From Eledone cirrhosa (lineage: Eukaryota), in the NCBI GenBank assembly GCA_964016885.1, contig OZ024743.1, forward strand, positions 339,574,001 to 339,638,000: a stretch of 64,000 nucleotides of DNA. The letters run 5' to 3'. Under the pieces are notes generated by a model. That model had not been told where the DNA came from, did no database searches, and was given only the letters and a program-made list of their open reading frames with translations. Position numbers and translations under genes: made by a program. This document shows positions 41,561 through 54,394 of the stretch, one piece after another (position 1 is the stretch's first letter; each line of letters begins with the position of its first letter).

Positions 41561-43188
41561 GTGTGGGTTTGTTTGGGATATTGTTAGTGTATGTAGTGTT
41601 GATCGTGGTAGGGTTGGTGGTGGGGATGTAGGCTGGAAGTGATTTTTGCCTTTCGGCTTTTAATATATTCTTGTCTCTTTTGCCTTCTTTTTTTAGGGCG
41701 AAGACGGGGTTTCTTTTTTCTTTTTTCTTTTTTCTTTTTTCTTTTTTCTTTTTTCTTTTTTCTTTTTTCTTTTTTCTTTTTTCTTTTTTCTTTTTTCTTT
41801 TTTCTTTTTTTCTTTTTTCTTTTTTCTTTTTTCTTTTTTCTTTTTTCTTTTTTCTTTTTTCTTTTTTCTTTTTTCTTTTGGCGTTCCTCGGTCTCGTCAG
41901 ACAGTATGACGTAGGGGAGTGGCATGTCCTCGATTGGTGTCGGTGTAGTTGTTGCTGGGGTGTTGGTTCTGTTGGTGATGGTTTTGGTGGGGCTGGTGTT
42001 GTTGTTTTGTTTGATTTTGTTCCTGCTACTGGTGTTGATGTTGCTGAAACCTTTCTTGGTAATGTGTGGGTTTTGGTGGTAGTTGTTGTTGGTCAGGTTT
42101 TGTGTGTCCATAGGAGTGTAAATTTTTTCCCCGTCCCTTCAGTGAATGGCACAACGCTCTCATATGGTTTGTGGAAAGACAGGTGTGACATCTAGATTTC
42201 CTCCCTTCTAATCGGACTGGTAAAATTATACCACCTGGAAGATGTATTTACTGGGGGATGGCGTCTACATACATTTGCGTTGTTTGCATAAGGATTTCGA
42301 CCCCCGTTCTCGACCAATTCTCTTTATTAGTCAAGTAGACCTCAAGGATTTTCGAATGTTCCTTAATCCCTTCCGTGACTGCAGCAATTAGACAAGGAAT
42401 GGCTATTTCCGGTGGTATTTGAGAAATTCTGATCCTTACTAATCTTACTCCGCATTAGAATGGGACGAGCAGGTTCTCGTCACTGTAGAGGGTTTCATGA
42501 AGTGAGATCTTGCTTCTTCCTCCGTAGTAAATCACCTCAACCGTGCCAAAAGCCCTGCCTCTTTGGATGGAAGTTCTTTGGTTCTATTCGGAACCTAAAA
42601 CCTTTTGAATCTGAGCATCTGTGGCTCTCTCTACCTTCCTCGTTTTCAACCCAATAACACGATATTCCACTGTGTGACATATCGCGCTTTGAGTTGTTTC
42701 AGGGGGCGGGGGGTAATGAGGCTGACAATATGACCAGTCTTTTCTACAGGGTTCTTGGTTTCTTGTATTTCATCTTCAGAAAAGCTTATTTTCCTGAAAG
42801 CCGACTTGATGGCACTAGCAAAAAAAGCTTTGGTAGTACTATTAACTGGTTTGTTCGTTGGTTCTTTTGTTGACGATGATGCAATAGTTGTTGTTGCTGT
42901 TGTTGCTGTTGTTGTTGTTATTTTCGCTGATATTGTTGCTGTTGTTGTTATTGATCTCCTTTTATAGTTGTGTTAGCTGTTTCTATCCTCATTTTTTTTT
43001 TGTTTTTTATTTTTTGCAAAATTTAACAAAGTCGACAATCCATCAGGGGGGTCCTGTGAGCACGAGTGACTCACCTGTGTCAAGATGATCAGTTTTTCGA
43101 AACTTTTGTCAAGTTTAAAAATTGAACAAAAGGTTAGAGACGGTTGAAATGTAAACAAATAAGGAAAATTTTACCGGAACTGAGTAGG
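41560..43188 (-). mobile_element. Decayed 5' part (5' UTR and ORF1) of a Tx1-type LINE, with an expanded T-rich minisatellite at 41710-41880
   Basis: Minus translation TVEYRVIGLKTRKVERA..QRGRAFGTVEV..PPEIAIPCLIAAV matches ORF1 at 50991-51749. Confidence 0.75.
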
Positions 43189-43213
43189 TAATAATAATAA
43201 TAATAATAATAAT

Positions 43214-46200
43214 GATTTCATTTATTAGCCACAAGGGCCGACATGTTGGGGACAATACAAAGACAGGGACAGTGGGGGTTTACAATAAGGTCGAGTAAAA
43301 GTGCACAATGGCAAGACTAATTTAACAATGAAAATATAAAAATATAAAATAAACTATGCATAAATATAACAAAATAAATTCCCCGATAGGGGGTGGACGA
43401 CCCTGGGGTGATTCGGGTACCCCACCAATCCTGAACCACCCTGCGCTTCTAGGGCACCCAGGAGAGCACCCCTCTCCTCAAGTTAGCCAGCCTAAGGGGC
43501 ATGGTCAGAGTAGGCCCATTCACACGAGCCATTCTCGCCACATTCACCCACCTTTTAGCAAATGTACTGGGGGGCAGCACTTCTCTCTCCACCCTCACCC
43601 TCCTTTCCAGGTGAAACTTGAAGAAGTTGATGAGGGATTGGCCGAAGAGAAAAGTGTCTGTATTTAGTCCTTTCAACCTGGTCCACCATACAATCTCTTT
43701 CGCAACTGCCACCAGACAGAGGAAAATGTCCTGCTCTTCCTGACCTAAGGAAGGTGGCGGCTCGATCTTCACTATGGACTCGGCTGATAGCCGGATTCGT
43801 TCCACACGCGACAGTAGCTGTTCGACATAACTCCACAAGTCAGTAATGCACGGACATTGGACAAGTGCGTGCAGAACGGTTTCGTCGTTCTGTGCGCATC
43901 TTGGGCAGGTCCGTCTGACAGCACTTCCGTGACTGTAGAGTTTATCCCGAACCGGCAGTGCCCCCCGGTAGCACTGCCAAGCGAGGGATTTCTGGAAATT
44001 GTCCATCGTCCCCGGCTCAAAAGTCCTCCGGTACAGACTGGTCGGTTCGACTTCTCCGAGTGCGTCATCGCACTTGCCCACCACTAATCCTCTATAGAAC
44101 TCGAGAGTGGAAGTTCCACTGATCGCATTGCCCGCTTGGTAGAGGGCAGTGAGTGCCTGGCAACATTCCAGGTGCCAGTCACCCAGTCTCGGTCTCTTCT
44201 TGACCCAGGACTGCAGCTCAGTCAAAGAAATGAGCTGCGGAAAGGCCCGTCTGATAAACGGCGACCACACCTGTTCACCATTGAGGCAGAATATCTGGAG
44301 ATGTCGCAGCCTCAACGCATGTCTGCGCATCATTAGCCACGGCATGCCCAGCCCTCCGCGTAGAGGGTGCTGGCAGCAGATGGACCGCCTCACCAACGGA
44401 ACTTGTCCCCTCCACAAGAATTTGAAGAGGAGCCGTTCCAACTTGACGAGGCGCGGACGGGGGCAAGGCACGACGGTTAGGCGGTAGTAGATGACGGACG
44501 CGATGTACGCATTCGCCACCTCCGCGCGACCTTTCAGTGATAGCTTTCTCCCAGCCCATTTTTGGGTGAGACTGGCTACTCTGCTCGTTACCTCGTCCCA
44601 ATTCTTTTCCACCTGGAGGTCTGGTCCGAACCAAACCCCGAGCAACTTTACTGGTCCGTACGTCCAGCGCCCCACGACGCTGTTGGACGGCATGGGCTTG
44701 CCTCTCCAGGTTCCGAGCTGCAAGCCCACCGACTTTTCCGGGTTAAGTTTGGCTCCTGTCAACCTTTCATATTCCTTCAATAAGGTGCCGACCACATCGA
44801 TTTCTGAGGTGTTCGACACCATCACGGTGATGTCGTCCGCATAAGCCGACACCGTCTTTCCACGTCCCGGTTCGAGCGGGATGCCCTGCAACAGCTCCAG
44901 CTTCCGCAGTAAAGGCTCGAGAGTCAATACGTACAGAAGGGAAGAGAGAGGGCACCCTTGACGGACCGATCTGGAGAGTCGAAATGGTTCCGAGAGGTGG
45001 CCATTAACCTTGACCACCGAGCGTGTGCCGCTGTGCATTGCAACGATCCAGCTTCTAAAGACAGGGCCGAAGCCAGCTGTTTGGAGGACAAACTCCAGAT
45101 ACCGATGGTCGACCCTATCGAATGCTTTCGATTGATCTAAATTGATCAGTGCCCCACCGAAGCCAGGTTTACACCCTACCCTCTCTATGATGTATCGCAT
45201 GAGGTGGAGATTGTCGTGTATGGACCTGGCTGGGATTGCGCAAGTTTTCACCTCCCCAACCAAATCCTCGACGACAAGCGCCAATCTCTTTGCTAACACC
45301 TTGGCCAAAATCTTAAACTCTGTGTTGAGCAGAGTTATGGGCCTGAAGTTGTCTAATGTATCCCTCTTGTTCTCGTCTTTCCTTATCAGCGTCACCACTC
45401 CCCTGCTCACAGAACTGGGAATACTCCCATTCTGCTGCCAGTTACAGTAGAGTGCTTCGAGGAGTTCGGAGAACAAGTCTGGCATATTTACGTAAAGCTC
45501 GTAGGGCAGGCCATCCAAACCGGGTGACTTGCGCCTCATGCAGCCGACAAGGGCGTCCTGAATTTCGGCTGAAGTAATCGGCCTTTCGCAGCGCTCAGCG
45601 TCGACCGTCGAGATGCGCGGTAAGCCGTCAAGGTAGGGACTGAAATCCGCTACTCTCTCTGACTCGCCACTCTCCCTGAACAGCCGAGCAAAGTGCTGGC
45701 GAAAGGCCTCACACATCCGCTTGGAATCGCTTATCTCGTGTCCGTCTCGGTCCGCCAAAGACCGAATTGTGGTTTTATTACCATGCTGCGCCTCCGCCAC
45801 GCGGGCCCATCGAACAGCTTTAGTTCCCTCGTTTCTCAGCGCACGCGCCTTAGCTCTGACAATGCAACCTTCGTGTTTGGCATTGAAGAAATGGTCTAAT
45901 GCCATTCTCGCCGCTAGCACGTCAGTTGCGATGCCACTACAAATAGCCTCGTCTAACTTATCTACCAGCTCCCCCTCCTTTCTATTTTTCTCTAACACTA
46001 GTTCTTTGCTGAACTCTATCGAAGTTACTCTAATCTCTCTTTTGAGAGCCCCCCCCCCCCCCCACCCACCCCACCCCCCACCATCTGTTGTTGATGATCC
46101 CCCCTGTCAACTTTTGCTTAACTAAATTGTTGACTCGGTCCCTGTAAGCCGTACGTGCCGGAAATGACATGTTCAGCTTCCAGTAACCCGGTCCTAACCT

Positions 46201-46572
46201 ACGCGTTTTATTTAGGTCGACCGTACAGATCACAAATTTGTGATCTGAATAGGCGACCGTTTTAAAAAGTGGACAGCCCACACTATTTCTATCTATTTTC
46301 CTAATGAAGATTCTGTCTATTTACGATCTAGATGACCCCATTCGGTTGGTCCATGTCCATACTGGCACATTGGGGAAATCTAGACGATACCTGTCAGACA
46401 GTTGGAACTGGCTGAGTAGGTGCTTGAGGCTTTTGCACCCCCCGCTCCTATCGGCTACTCCCACACAATCCCAGCGTGCGTCTAAGATGCCATTCCAGTC
46501 CCCCGCTAACAGTAAAGGGCGAGACGTACCCAGAAAGGTCTCCAGGCGCCTAAAGAAGTCAGGTCGTCCGGC
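43214..46572 (-). mobile_element. 5'-truncated Tx1/L1-type LINE (APE C-part, RT, zf-RVT; 849-aa ORF 43449..45998)
   Basis: Motifs YSDH, GYWKLN, KSPGLDGLPYE, NFRPITLLN, LDQSKAFDRVDH, VRQGCPLS, AYADDI and CPRC..ETVLHALVQC. (ATT)n lies at both ends. Confidence 0.93.
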
Positions 46573-46590
46573 AATAATAATAATAATAAT

Positions 46591-49500
46591 GATTTCTTTA
46601 TTAACTACAAGGGTTTACATAAAGTAGACATTAAGGACAGTACATGACAATACAGGGCGGTACAAATGGGCATTTCTGCGTGTAAAAAAAACAAGAAACA
46701 GAGGATGTAATAATAGAACAATGAAAAAATTCCCCAGTAGGGGGGAGACTTCCGGGGGACATTCGTGGAGAAAGCCCATTAAAAAGCAACAGTGACCCTG
46801 ACCACCAGGGCAAGTGCCCTCTCCCAGTTTTTCACCTTTAATTTACAGACACATACTCAGAGTAGGCCCATTCACTAGAGCCATTCTTGCCTCTCTCACC
46901 CATCTTTCAACAAAATGCTGGGAAGAGAGCACTTCCCTTTCTACCCTGATTTTCCTTTTCAAATGAAATTTGAAATGGTTAATCAGGGCATCACCGAAGA
47001 GGTAAGTGCTCGTCTTCAGCCCTTTCAAACGTGTCCACCATACTATCTCTTTCGCCATGGCCACCAGACAGATAAAAACTGCCTGCCCTTCCCGGCTAAA
47101 GGAAGAGGGCGGGGCAATCCTCACGGTGGACTCAGCTGATAGCTGGATCCGTCCCACACGCGACAGCAGGTGTTCGACATAAACCCACAAGACAGCAATG
47201 CTCGGACACTGGACGAGTGCGTGCAGGACCGTTTCGTCGCCCTGCGCGCATCTGGGACATGCCCGGCTGACGGCACCTCCATGCCTGTAGAGTTTATCCC
47301 GAACTGGCAAAGCTCCTCGGTAGCACTGCTAGGCCAGGGATTTCTGGAAGTTGTCCATAGGCCCCGGCCCGAAAGTTCTTCCGAAGAGATTGGCTAGTTG
47401 ATTTTCGTCGACGCCTAGAGTTTCCCCAAGTACGTCATCGCTCTTCCCCTCCACTAATCCTCTATAGAACGCCAAGGTGGAGTTTTCACCGATCACATTG
47501 CCCGATTGGTCGAGGGCTGTGAGCGCCTGAAGACATTCCAGTCTCCAAGCGCTCCCTCTCGGTCTTCACTTGACCCAGGACTGCAGCTCCCTCAAGGAGA
47601 CGAGCTGGGGAAAGACGTGTCTAGCAAACGGCGACCACACCTGATCACCGTCGAGGAAGAGGTGGAGATGTCGTAGCCTGAGCGCGTGTCTGCGCATCAT
47701 CAGCCACGGCATGCCCAGCCCTCCACGTAGTGGTGTTGACAGCAGATGGACCGCCTGACCATCGGAGCGCGTCCCTTCCACAAAAAGCGAAAGAGCAAAC
47801 GCTCCAGCGCAGTCAGGCGGGGCTTAGGACAAGGTACGACGGTCAGGCGGTAGTAGATGAAGAACGCGATGTACGCGTTGGCCACCTCCGCTCGACCTTT
47901 CAGGGATAGCTTCCTCTCCTCCCATTTCTGGGTGAGAGAAGCCACCCTGCTCGTCACCTAGTCCCAGTTTTTGTCCGTCTGGAGGTCCAGACCGAACCAG
48001 ACCCCTAGCAATTTAACCGGTCCGTCCAGCGCCCGACGACGCTATTGGACGGCATGGACCTGCCTCTCCAGGTGCCGAGCTGCAGGCCCACTGACTTTTC
48101 CTGGTTGATCATTGCTCCTGTCACCGCTTCGTATTCTCTTAGTGTAGTGACGATCGCCTCGATGTGTTTGGCGTTCGACACCACTACGGTGACATCCTCC
48201 GCATATGCTGACACGGATCTTCCGCATCCTAGTTCGCGCGGGACCCCCCTCAACGTCTCCAGTTTGTGCAGTAATGGCTCGAGAGTCAATACGTACAAGA
48301 GGGACGAGAGGGGACATCCTTGGCGGACCGAGCGCATGATGTTGAACGGTTCCGAAACGTGAACGTTCACTCTCACCACAGAGCAGATGTCATTGTGCAT
48401 GGCAGCGATCCAGCCTCTGAAGACGAGCCCAAAGCCAGCCGCCCTCAGGACTACTGCTAGGTAACGATGGTCGACCCTATCGAAAACTTTCGACTGATCT
48501 AAATTGATTAAGGACCCACCCGTGCCAGGTTCCCTAGCTACCCTCTCTACGATGTATCGCATGAGGTGGAGGTTGTCGTAGATGGATCTGTCGGGAATGG
48601 CGCACGTCTGCGCCTCTCCCACCAAACTACCAACGACAAGCGCCAACCTCTTTGCTAGCACCTTGGCCAAAATCTTGAACTCTGTGTTTAGCAGAGTTAT
48701 GGGCCTGAAATTATCTATGTTATCCCCCTTGTTCGGATCCTTTCTCAGCAGCGCCACAGCTCCTCCGCTCACAGAGCTGGGAATTCTCCCGTTCTGTTGC
48801 CAGTTGCAGTAGACGTCCGCCAAGAGGCCTCCGAACAAGTCTATCATCTGTACGTAAAGTTCATAGGGCAGACCATCCAAACCAGGCGATTTACCCCTTG
48901 TGCAGCCAGTCATTTCCTCCCGTACTTCAGCGGCTGTTATCGGCTTTTCGCAACACTCCGCCTCAGTGGCCGAGAGCCGCGGCCGTCCGTCGAGGTAGAC
49001 ACTAAAGGCCATCCCTCGATCCAGCCCGCCGCTGCCCCCGAACAGCTGTGCGAAGTGTCGCTGAAAAGCTTCACACATTTGCTCGGGATCGAGTAGCATG
49101 CGCCCGTCGTGGTCCACCAAAGACCGGATCGTGGCGTTGTTGCCACGACGCGCCTCCGCCACTCGGGCCCATTGAACGGCTTTCGTCCCCTCGTGTCTGA
49201 GAGCACGCACCCTAACTCTGACAACGCAGCCTTCGTGCTTTGCATTGAATAATTGGTCAAGGGCCAATTTCGCCGAAAGTACGTCGGTCGCGATGCCTTT
49301 GCTAAGCGCCTCGTCTAATTTTCTAACTAATTCTGCCTCTGCTCTATTTTTCTCTATTGTTAAAGCCTTACTAAACCTAATGGACTCTATTCTAATTACT
49401 CTTTTCAGAGCAAACCACCACTTGTTGTTGACGATGGCCCCCGTCAACGCCCGCTTAACTAGTTCGCTAATCCGGTCTCTGTAGGCCTTGCGCGCTAGTA

Positions 49501-52476
49501 AGGACGCGTTTAGCTTCCAGTAGCCGGGTCCTCGTCTATGAAGCCTATCTAAGTCAAGCACACAGATCACGAATTTGTGGTCCGTGTAGCTGACTATCTT
49601 GAATTGTGGACAGCCTATGCTAGACCTATCTATTTCCCTACAAAATACTCTATCTAGATATGATCTGGATGACCCTATACGATTTGTCCAAGTCCACATT
49701 GGCACATTCTGGAAACCCAATCGGTACCTGTCAGACAGTTCAAAACGCCTGAGCAGGTTGGTGAGGCTCTTGCACCCTCCTCCCCTATCCGCTGATCCCA
49801 CACAGTCCCAGCGTGCATCTAAGATCCCGTTCCAGTCGCCCACTAACACTAAAGAGCGGGACATTCCAAGAAAGGTCTCCAGACGCCGGAAGAAATCAGG
49901 CCGCCCTGCTCCTGTCGGAGCATAGACGGCCACTAGCCTGAAAGCTTGCCCGTCTCCGCTGGTCACGTCTAGCACCACCAACTTACCTTCTGGGTTCAGG
50001 AAGATGGCCCGTATGGCAAGATCCAAACCTCTCCGAAAAAGCACAGCAACTCCTCCCCCCGATCCCGGACGGCTGGGAGATGCGTACACATAGTAGCCGC
50101 CGAAGATCGGTGTGAAGGCCCGTGCTTCGGAGATTCTGGTCTAGCTGATGGCCACTACATCTATGTTTAGTGACCTGAGGTCGTTGAGCAGGTGGCCCTG
50201 CTTCCATGACGACCCCAAGCCACGCGTATTTATGCTGCCTATTCTGAGTGAGATCATGTTGAAATGGAGTGGAAAAGATGGGAAAGACCACTTACCTTAC
50301 TTCTCGTAGAGGAAGGATGGTTTCTCCATCCTTTTCACTGTTTGTGGCCTCCTCCGGAAGGATGTCCTTATAAATCCTCCTGGAGAGTGTTTGTCGGAAG
50401 TCTCCGATGTCTTTGGGGAATTTTTGTTTTAGTGTCGTGTACGTTTTCTGTGTGATGCGAGTGATTTGTATGTGTGGAGGTGGTGTGAACTTTTGGGTTG
50501 TTGTGTAGTCTTTTTCTGTGATGCTGGTGTTGTGTTGGATGTAGTGTAATAATTGGTTGTTGTTCTAATTTAATGCTGTTTAGTGTGTATCGTTTTGGTT
50601 GTTTTGTTTTGTTTGCGTTTGTTGTGGGTTTGTTTCTGTTTCGCTTTTTGGTGACTTTTGTGGTGTTGGTGATGGTGGTGTTGGGGTTAATGATGGTGAT
50701 GGTGTTGGTGTTTGTGGTGATGGGGTTGGTGATGCTGGTGTGGATGGTGGCATATCTGTCCTAACTTTTTTGTTTGATAGTTTATTTGTTTCCCTCTGTA
50801 TTGTTTTTGGAGGGGGGGGGGGGTTATTTTTTGGTTTCTTTTTTTCTTTTTTCCTGATACCGTTTCCAACTCCTCGTCGTCACAATCTGTCTCCAGTTGT
50901 GATAGGCCGGGGAGTGGAAAATCTTCCACAGGCGTTGGTTTTGGTTGTGGCGTGGTGGATGATGTAGGCGCTGGTGCTAGTTCTGTCGCGTTAGGTAGTG
51001 GTGGTGTTGGTTTTGCTACTGTTGCTGGGGGTTGTTGCTGTTACAGTTGCTTCTGTTGTTGCTGCTACAGTTGTTGCTGCCATCTCTGCTGCTGGTGGTG
51101 TTGATGGTTGAGTCACTGGAGTGGGTAGGAGAGGTGGCCTCAACCTTTTAGCCTGAGGGCAGAAAGCCCTTAGGTGGGTTCCTTCACCACAAACGACACA
51201 CCTAGGCCTTCTGCCCTCAACAATTACGGTGAGGTGGATGCCGTCAGTGAGGTCTATTACCTCTGGGATCTCCTCAATGCTTTTTTGGTCCGCTTGGATC
51301 AGGAGCTCCATCCCAGATCCGGACCAGTTCGCCTGCTTTTCTTTCGCTATTTCGATTATCTTGGTATTGGCTTCGATGCCGGCGAGGACCGCAGCTATTA
51401 GCCAGGGAATTTCGATGGCCGGTGGAACGTGGGTGACCCTGATCTTTACGAGTCTCTGGCCACAATAGCTTGGGACGAGTGTGAAGTCGTCACTTCTTAA
51501 TGGGGCCATGGAGTGTTCTCTAGCCTCCTGTGGTGTTTCAAAGAACACGTCCACGGTTCCATATTTCTGCCCACGTCTGATGTGGGGTTTTTTTGTCCAC
51601 AGATGTCCCAAAGCTTTTGGGCTTTGGGACTCGGATGCCCGTTCCACTCGGCGCGATTTTATATTAATTGTTCGATAAGACACGGTGCATAGGCGCCGAT
51701 GCTCCATTTTATTAGGTGTGTGTTGGGGGGGGGCTGACCCTGTACCCATCTTTCTTTACCATTTTGGGGGGCTTCTTCTAATTCCTCCTGAGTTACCTGA
51801 AATGCTTCGCACTGTTTTGCTACTCTGGCAAAACTCAGAGTGGTTTTCTTAATTTCATTGTTGCAGTAGTTGTTATCGTTATTTTTGTTATTATTAATTT
51901 TAGTTTCAGTTGTGGTGGTGGTGGCGTCAGTGGTGTTCGGTGTGGAAGAGTTCATTTTGGTTGAATTCATTTCGATATCACGAGTTAATTTATTTTTTTC
52001 TTTTGTTTCTGTTGTCGCGGTGGTGGTGGGGGGGGGGTTGTCGCGGTGGTGGTGGTGGTGGTGGTGGTGGCGGCTTTAACACCTGAAGTCATTGGTAATG
52101 GCAGGAAATTAATATCTGCCTGAGACAAATTTAAAATATTGCTACTGCTTATATTTTTAGTGTTGGCAAACGTAGTAATATTTACAATGGTGGTGTCGGT
52201 GTGAGGTGTTAGTTTGTGAGGAAGGCTGTCAGCTTTGTGTGGCTGTGAGTCGTCCATGTTTTTTTCAAAGAAAGTTTGGTTTTTTTTTGATAATTATAAA
52301 AGTTTAAATTTTGGGCTCAAGGCCCCAATCTTTTTGAGTGTCCTTTTTGGAAAACAATGTATGTGCACTTATATACAGTTAACAATAAAAAATTTCCATA
52401 AATGGCAATTTTAAACAAACGAAAACAACAAACCTTTGCGGAGCTCACGATGATACGATGTACTACGTAGGTCGCC
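46591..52476 (-). mobile_element. Full-length (about 5.9 kb) Tx1/L1-type LINE with disrupted ORFs
   Basis: ORF1 (about 52257-50295) has a CCHC knuckle CVVCGEGTHLRAFC. ORF2 starts at ATG 50257 (MISLRIGSINTRGL, APE) and runs to 46843 with stops and frameshifts. Bounded by (ATT)n tracts. Confidence 0.92.
46843..50257 (-). pseudogene. Tx1 ORF2 (APE endonuclease, RT, zinc finger), disrupted
   Basis: TAG replaces the APE Glu codon (VVAIS*TR), YADD reads YAED, and there are frameshifts near 48005 and 47750. Confidence 0.88.
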
Positions 52477-52521
<45 letters not shown>

Positions 52522-52522
<1 letters not shown>

Positions 52523-52875
52523 GCCTGACTGTGGATGTGGCCTGCCCATTCGACACGAGAGTGCAAGAGAAGGAGAGGGAGAAAATTAACCGTTACCAGG
52601 ACTTAAAGTGGGAGGTAAAAAGGATTTGGAACTGCCATGAAGTCAAAGTGGTCCCGATTGTCATAGGCGCACTAGGTACTATCTCAAGGAGTTTCCAAGG
52701 TTAGTTAAAGAAAATTGGCCCCGCCCCGCTTTTTGGAACACTTCAAAAGCATGCTTGCTGGGAACAGCAAGAACACTCCGATACGTCCTGAATATCTGAG
52801 GCTGCAGGTAGTGGCTTGATATTCATTTCAACAAACTTTCCAGTTAACTAACATCAATGACTGAGACTCAAAGAA
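52522..52875 (+). mobile_element. Short 5'-truncated, older Dong family A copy
   Basis: Similar to 53982-54332 with substitutions and an in-frame stop, between (TAA)n tracts. Confidence 0.9.
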
Positions 52876-52876
52876 C

Positions 52877-52914
<38 letters not shown>

Positions 52915-52922
52915 TAATAATA

Positions 52923-54332
52923 AGGTAAATGTGGAGTCATTGTGATGAGGAGGGGTAGGTTGAGCAGAAGTAACGGGATCCAGATACCAACAGGTGAGAT
53001 GATAAAGGAAATTGACTCTGAGGAAGGATACAAGTATTTGGGCGTTCTGGAGGCTGATGGCATAAAGAACAAAAAAATGAAGGAATTGTTAAGAACTGAA
53101 TACATTCGGAGAGTAAGGAGCGTATTGAAGTCACATCTGAACAGCAGAAATGCCATAAGCGCAGTAAATTCCCGAGCTGTGTCTATTATTAGGTACAGTG
53201 CGGGAATTCTGAGATGGAATGTTGCTGAACAAAAAGAAATGGATAGGAAGACTAGGAAGCTATTGACTATCTACAACATGTTCCACAAGAGGAGTGATGT
53301 CGATAGACTCTACCTAAGGAGATCTGAGGGTGGAAGAGGTCTTATCAGCATAGAGGACTGTGTTCAGATGGAGAAAAACAACCTATACAAATACGTGACC
53401 TATAGTAAGGAGCCAATGCTCAGAGCTGTACTGAAGGAGGGGACAGTAGGCCAGGGGATATCCAAGGAGGAAATAACATCAAGGAGGAAGAGCAGCCTTA
53501 AGGGAAAATCCCTTCATAGTACCTTCTTTGAGAAAACTGAATTTAGAGATCCACAGACATGGAACTGGTTGAGAAGAGGAGACCTCAAAAAGGCTACAGA
53601 AGGAATGCTAATGGCTGCGCAGGAGCAGGCCCTCAAAACGAAGTGGTTGAAGCACCATATCTACAAGGAGGAGGCTAGCCCACTGTGCAGGATCTGTGGA
53701 GAGAGAGAGGAGACTGTGGCTCACATTGTGTCCGAGTGTAAACACCTAGCCCAGACCCACTATAAGGGCTGGAGACACGATGTGATGGGCAGGGTGATCC
53801 ACTGGCACCTGTGCAAAGTAAACAATCTACCACATTCTGAGAAATGGTATGAGCATAGGCCAGAGGCGGTGATGGAGAACAGTCAGGTGAAGGTGCTGTG
53901 GGATTTTAGGATACAGACGGACAAAAAACTGGAACACAATAGACCTGACCTGGTGGTTGTGGACAAAGAAAAAAGATCGTGCCTGATTGTGGATGTGGCC
54001 TGCCCGTTCGACACGAGAGTGCAAGAGAAGGAGAGGGAGAAAATTAACCGATACCAGGACCTAAAGTGGGAGGTGAAAAGGATTTGGAACTGCCATGAAG
54101 TCAAAGTGATCCCGGTTGTCATAGGCGCACTGGGGACTATCTCCAAAGGTTTCCAGGAATGGTTAAAGAAAATCGGCCCCTTCACGCTTTTTGGAACGCT
54201 TCAAAAGGCATGCTTGCTTGGAACGGCAAGAACCCTCCGATACGTCCTGAATATCTGAGGCTGCAGGTAGTGGCTTGATATTCAATCCAACGGACTTTCC
54301 AGTTAACCAACATCAATGACTGAGATTCAAGG
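52923..54332 (+). mobile_element. 5'-truncated Dong family A copy (ORF 52942..54258)
   Basis: Protein nearly identical to 2632..4209 (I see three amino-acid differences). Tail AATAACAATAAC(AAT)n runs to 54392. Confidence 0.94.
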
Positions 54333-54344
54333 AATAACAATAAC

Positions 54345-54394
<50 letters not shown>

